Part shown: positions 62,742 to 64,000 of the stretch, in pieces | Numbering within the stretch: the stretch's first letter is position 1 | How the letters are laid out: each line of letters opens with the position of its first letter | NCBI GenBank assembly: GCA_044892525.1 | Contig: CM097885.1 | Span: 50,098,001-50,162,000 of the forward strand | Reading direction: 5' to 3' | DNA: 64,000 nucleotides | Source of the DNA: Schmidtea polychroa | Taxonomy: Eukaryota | The notes under the pieces: model-generated | Database searches by the model: none | Told to the model about the DNA's origin: nothing | Seen by the model: the letters and a program-made list of their open reading frames with translations, nothing else | Position numbers and translations under genes: made by a program

Positions 62742-63953
62742 TCAATTTGCAGTAATTTGGATTTCATTTTCAAAAACCCCATAGATTATTACATGGACTG
62801 GTTCAGTAGTTGCTTTACCGAACTTAATATCCAATCTCAAATTGCCACTTTGAGGTAATTGACTTTGATTTAAATCAAAATCTGGAGCCAGAACAAATGT
62901 GAAAAATGGATAGAATGTTTTGAATTCTTCCAGACTTATACCACAATTAAGATTTTTATCCAAATATCCTAAATTTCTGACAAGACTTTGCATATATGAA
63001 GTACAATAATTATCATTATCAAAATCTTGAGTATAAGTTTCTCGATAATCAGTATTTTTCGATAATGAAAGAGAAGTTACACTAAAGTGTTTGAATTTTG
63101 ATGAAGATGTATCATAAGATCCGTTATATTGAGCTTCACTTTGAAAAGTTACAAGGATAAAATTAGGCATTCTTCGATCTCCAAATATTTGCTCCTTGTA
63201 AAATGATGATGCTCCTTTAGCAATTGCAAATGATACAATTTCTTTTGTTTTTATCGGATAAATTGCATGTTTGGTATTTAATCCAATTTGATGTCCCGCT
63301 AATACAGACGATTCACATCGAACTCTTCGAACCATTAATTTGGCATCGAGTAATATTAATTTAGGTGCTGCACCTGCAACTCCAGTTGATAATGACAATG
63401 CAGAATCAGATCTTTTCAATCTCATATGTACATTAACACCTGGTAGTAAATAATTGGGTTGATCCATAAAATCCAATTGTAGAGATGAACACATGTTGAA
63501 AGTTTTTGAGCCTTTAATCCACTTTTTTCGATCATCAGATACACCATATCCCATTGGAGTTAGACAAGTATCTTTAGTATCATTATTATAATTTAAAATA
63601 GTTTCTATAATTGCCTTGTGAGCATATGTATTGTTTCCACCCTCAATTTTAATGTTATTAAATCCAAGAATAACATCTTTAAAGAGAGTATGAAACAAGA
63701 AATTATTAGGTTCAGTTGTATCATCTGCAGCTAATGCTTTATTGTCTTTATCTACAACTTTTATTTGAACATACAACAAAGTATCGTTCAAATCTAAATA
63801 TTCTGTTTGAGAACCATTAATGTAAAATTCCACATCATTTCTACTATCGGTAATAGAATTCATTGGAAATACATCTTCAAATGCTCCATATTCGATAACC
63901 GCCTGAGGCGATGGTCGATCAAATAGACATAATTCAGATTTACCGCAAATCAT
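62742..63953 (-). CDS. Major capsid protein, virus B
   Basis: CGKSELCLF..PQAVIE, EYLDLNDTLLYV, YLLPGVNV, GNLRLDIKF. Confidence 0.92.
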   Translation of the reverse strand: MICGKSELCLFDRPSPQAVIEYGAFEDVFPMNSITDSRNDVEFYINGSQTEYLDLNDTLLYVQIKVVDKDNKALAADDTTEPNNFLFHTLFKDVILGFNNIKIEGGNNTYAHKAIIETILNYNNDTKDTCLTPMGYGVSDDRKKWIKGSKTFNMCSSLQLDFMDQPNYLLPGVNVHMRLKRSDSALSLSTGVAGAAPKLILLDAKLMVRRVRCESSVLAGHQIGLNTKHAIYPIKTKEIVSFAIAKGASSFYKEQIFGDRRMPNFILVTFQSEAQYNGSYDTSSSKFKHFSVTSLSLSKNTDYRETYTQDFDNDNYCTSYMQSLVRNLGYLDKNLNCGISLEEFKTFYPFFTFVLAPDFDLNQSQLPQSGNLRLDIKFGKATTEPVHVIIYGVFENEIQITAN

Positions 63954-64000
63954 TCTTCAAATATGGTTCCGTGTCCTTTCATTCGTTTGTTTATATGCCT

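Larger units (their letters stand above)
55793..64000 (-). mobile_element. Polinton/Maverick-like endogenous virus B (continues right of the window)
   Basis: Abrupt start 5'-AGTAGAGAGA at 55793, repeat-rich terminal region, then pPolB, adenain and major capsid genes. Confidence 0.93.

Overview
Very AT-rich animal genomic DNA with AAT microsatellites and 42-56 nt GT-AG introns. It looks invertebrate, possibly flatworm-like, but the host cannot be identified from the sequence alone. (1) 1-12.3 kb: a decaying Polinton/Maverick-type endogenous virus (A) with the PolB 3' end, penton, adenain protease, pX-like core protein, packaging ATPase, a ZnF-PLA2-integrase fusion and major capsid. An intact hAT/Buster transposon sits in its PolB and a 246-bp MITE in its capsid gene. 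(2) 16.2-21.8 kb: a decayed Ty3/Gypsy LTR element. (3) A compact 11-exon 6-phosphogluconate dehydrogenase gene (PGD, + strand), then a 253-bp near-perfect palindrome, then a convergent PGD paralog (- strand) with open exons and TE-filled introns. These introns hold a young Gypsy element with TA..TA termini plus hAT, mariner and Helitron remnants. (4) 55.8 kb to the end: a second, different and largely intact Polinton (B), apparently inside intron 2 of the paralog. It has an AG-starting terminus, a dense AP-1/nuclear-receptor/MEF2 motif array, apparently spliced PolB and protease genes, and an apparently chimeric polymerase/capsid pairing.
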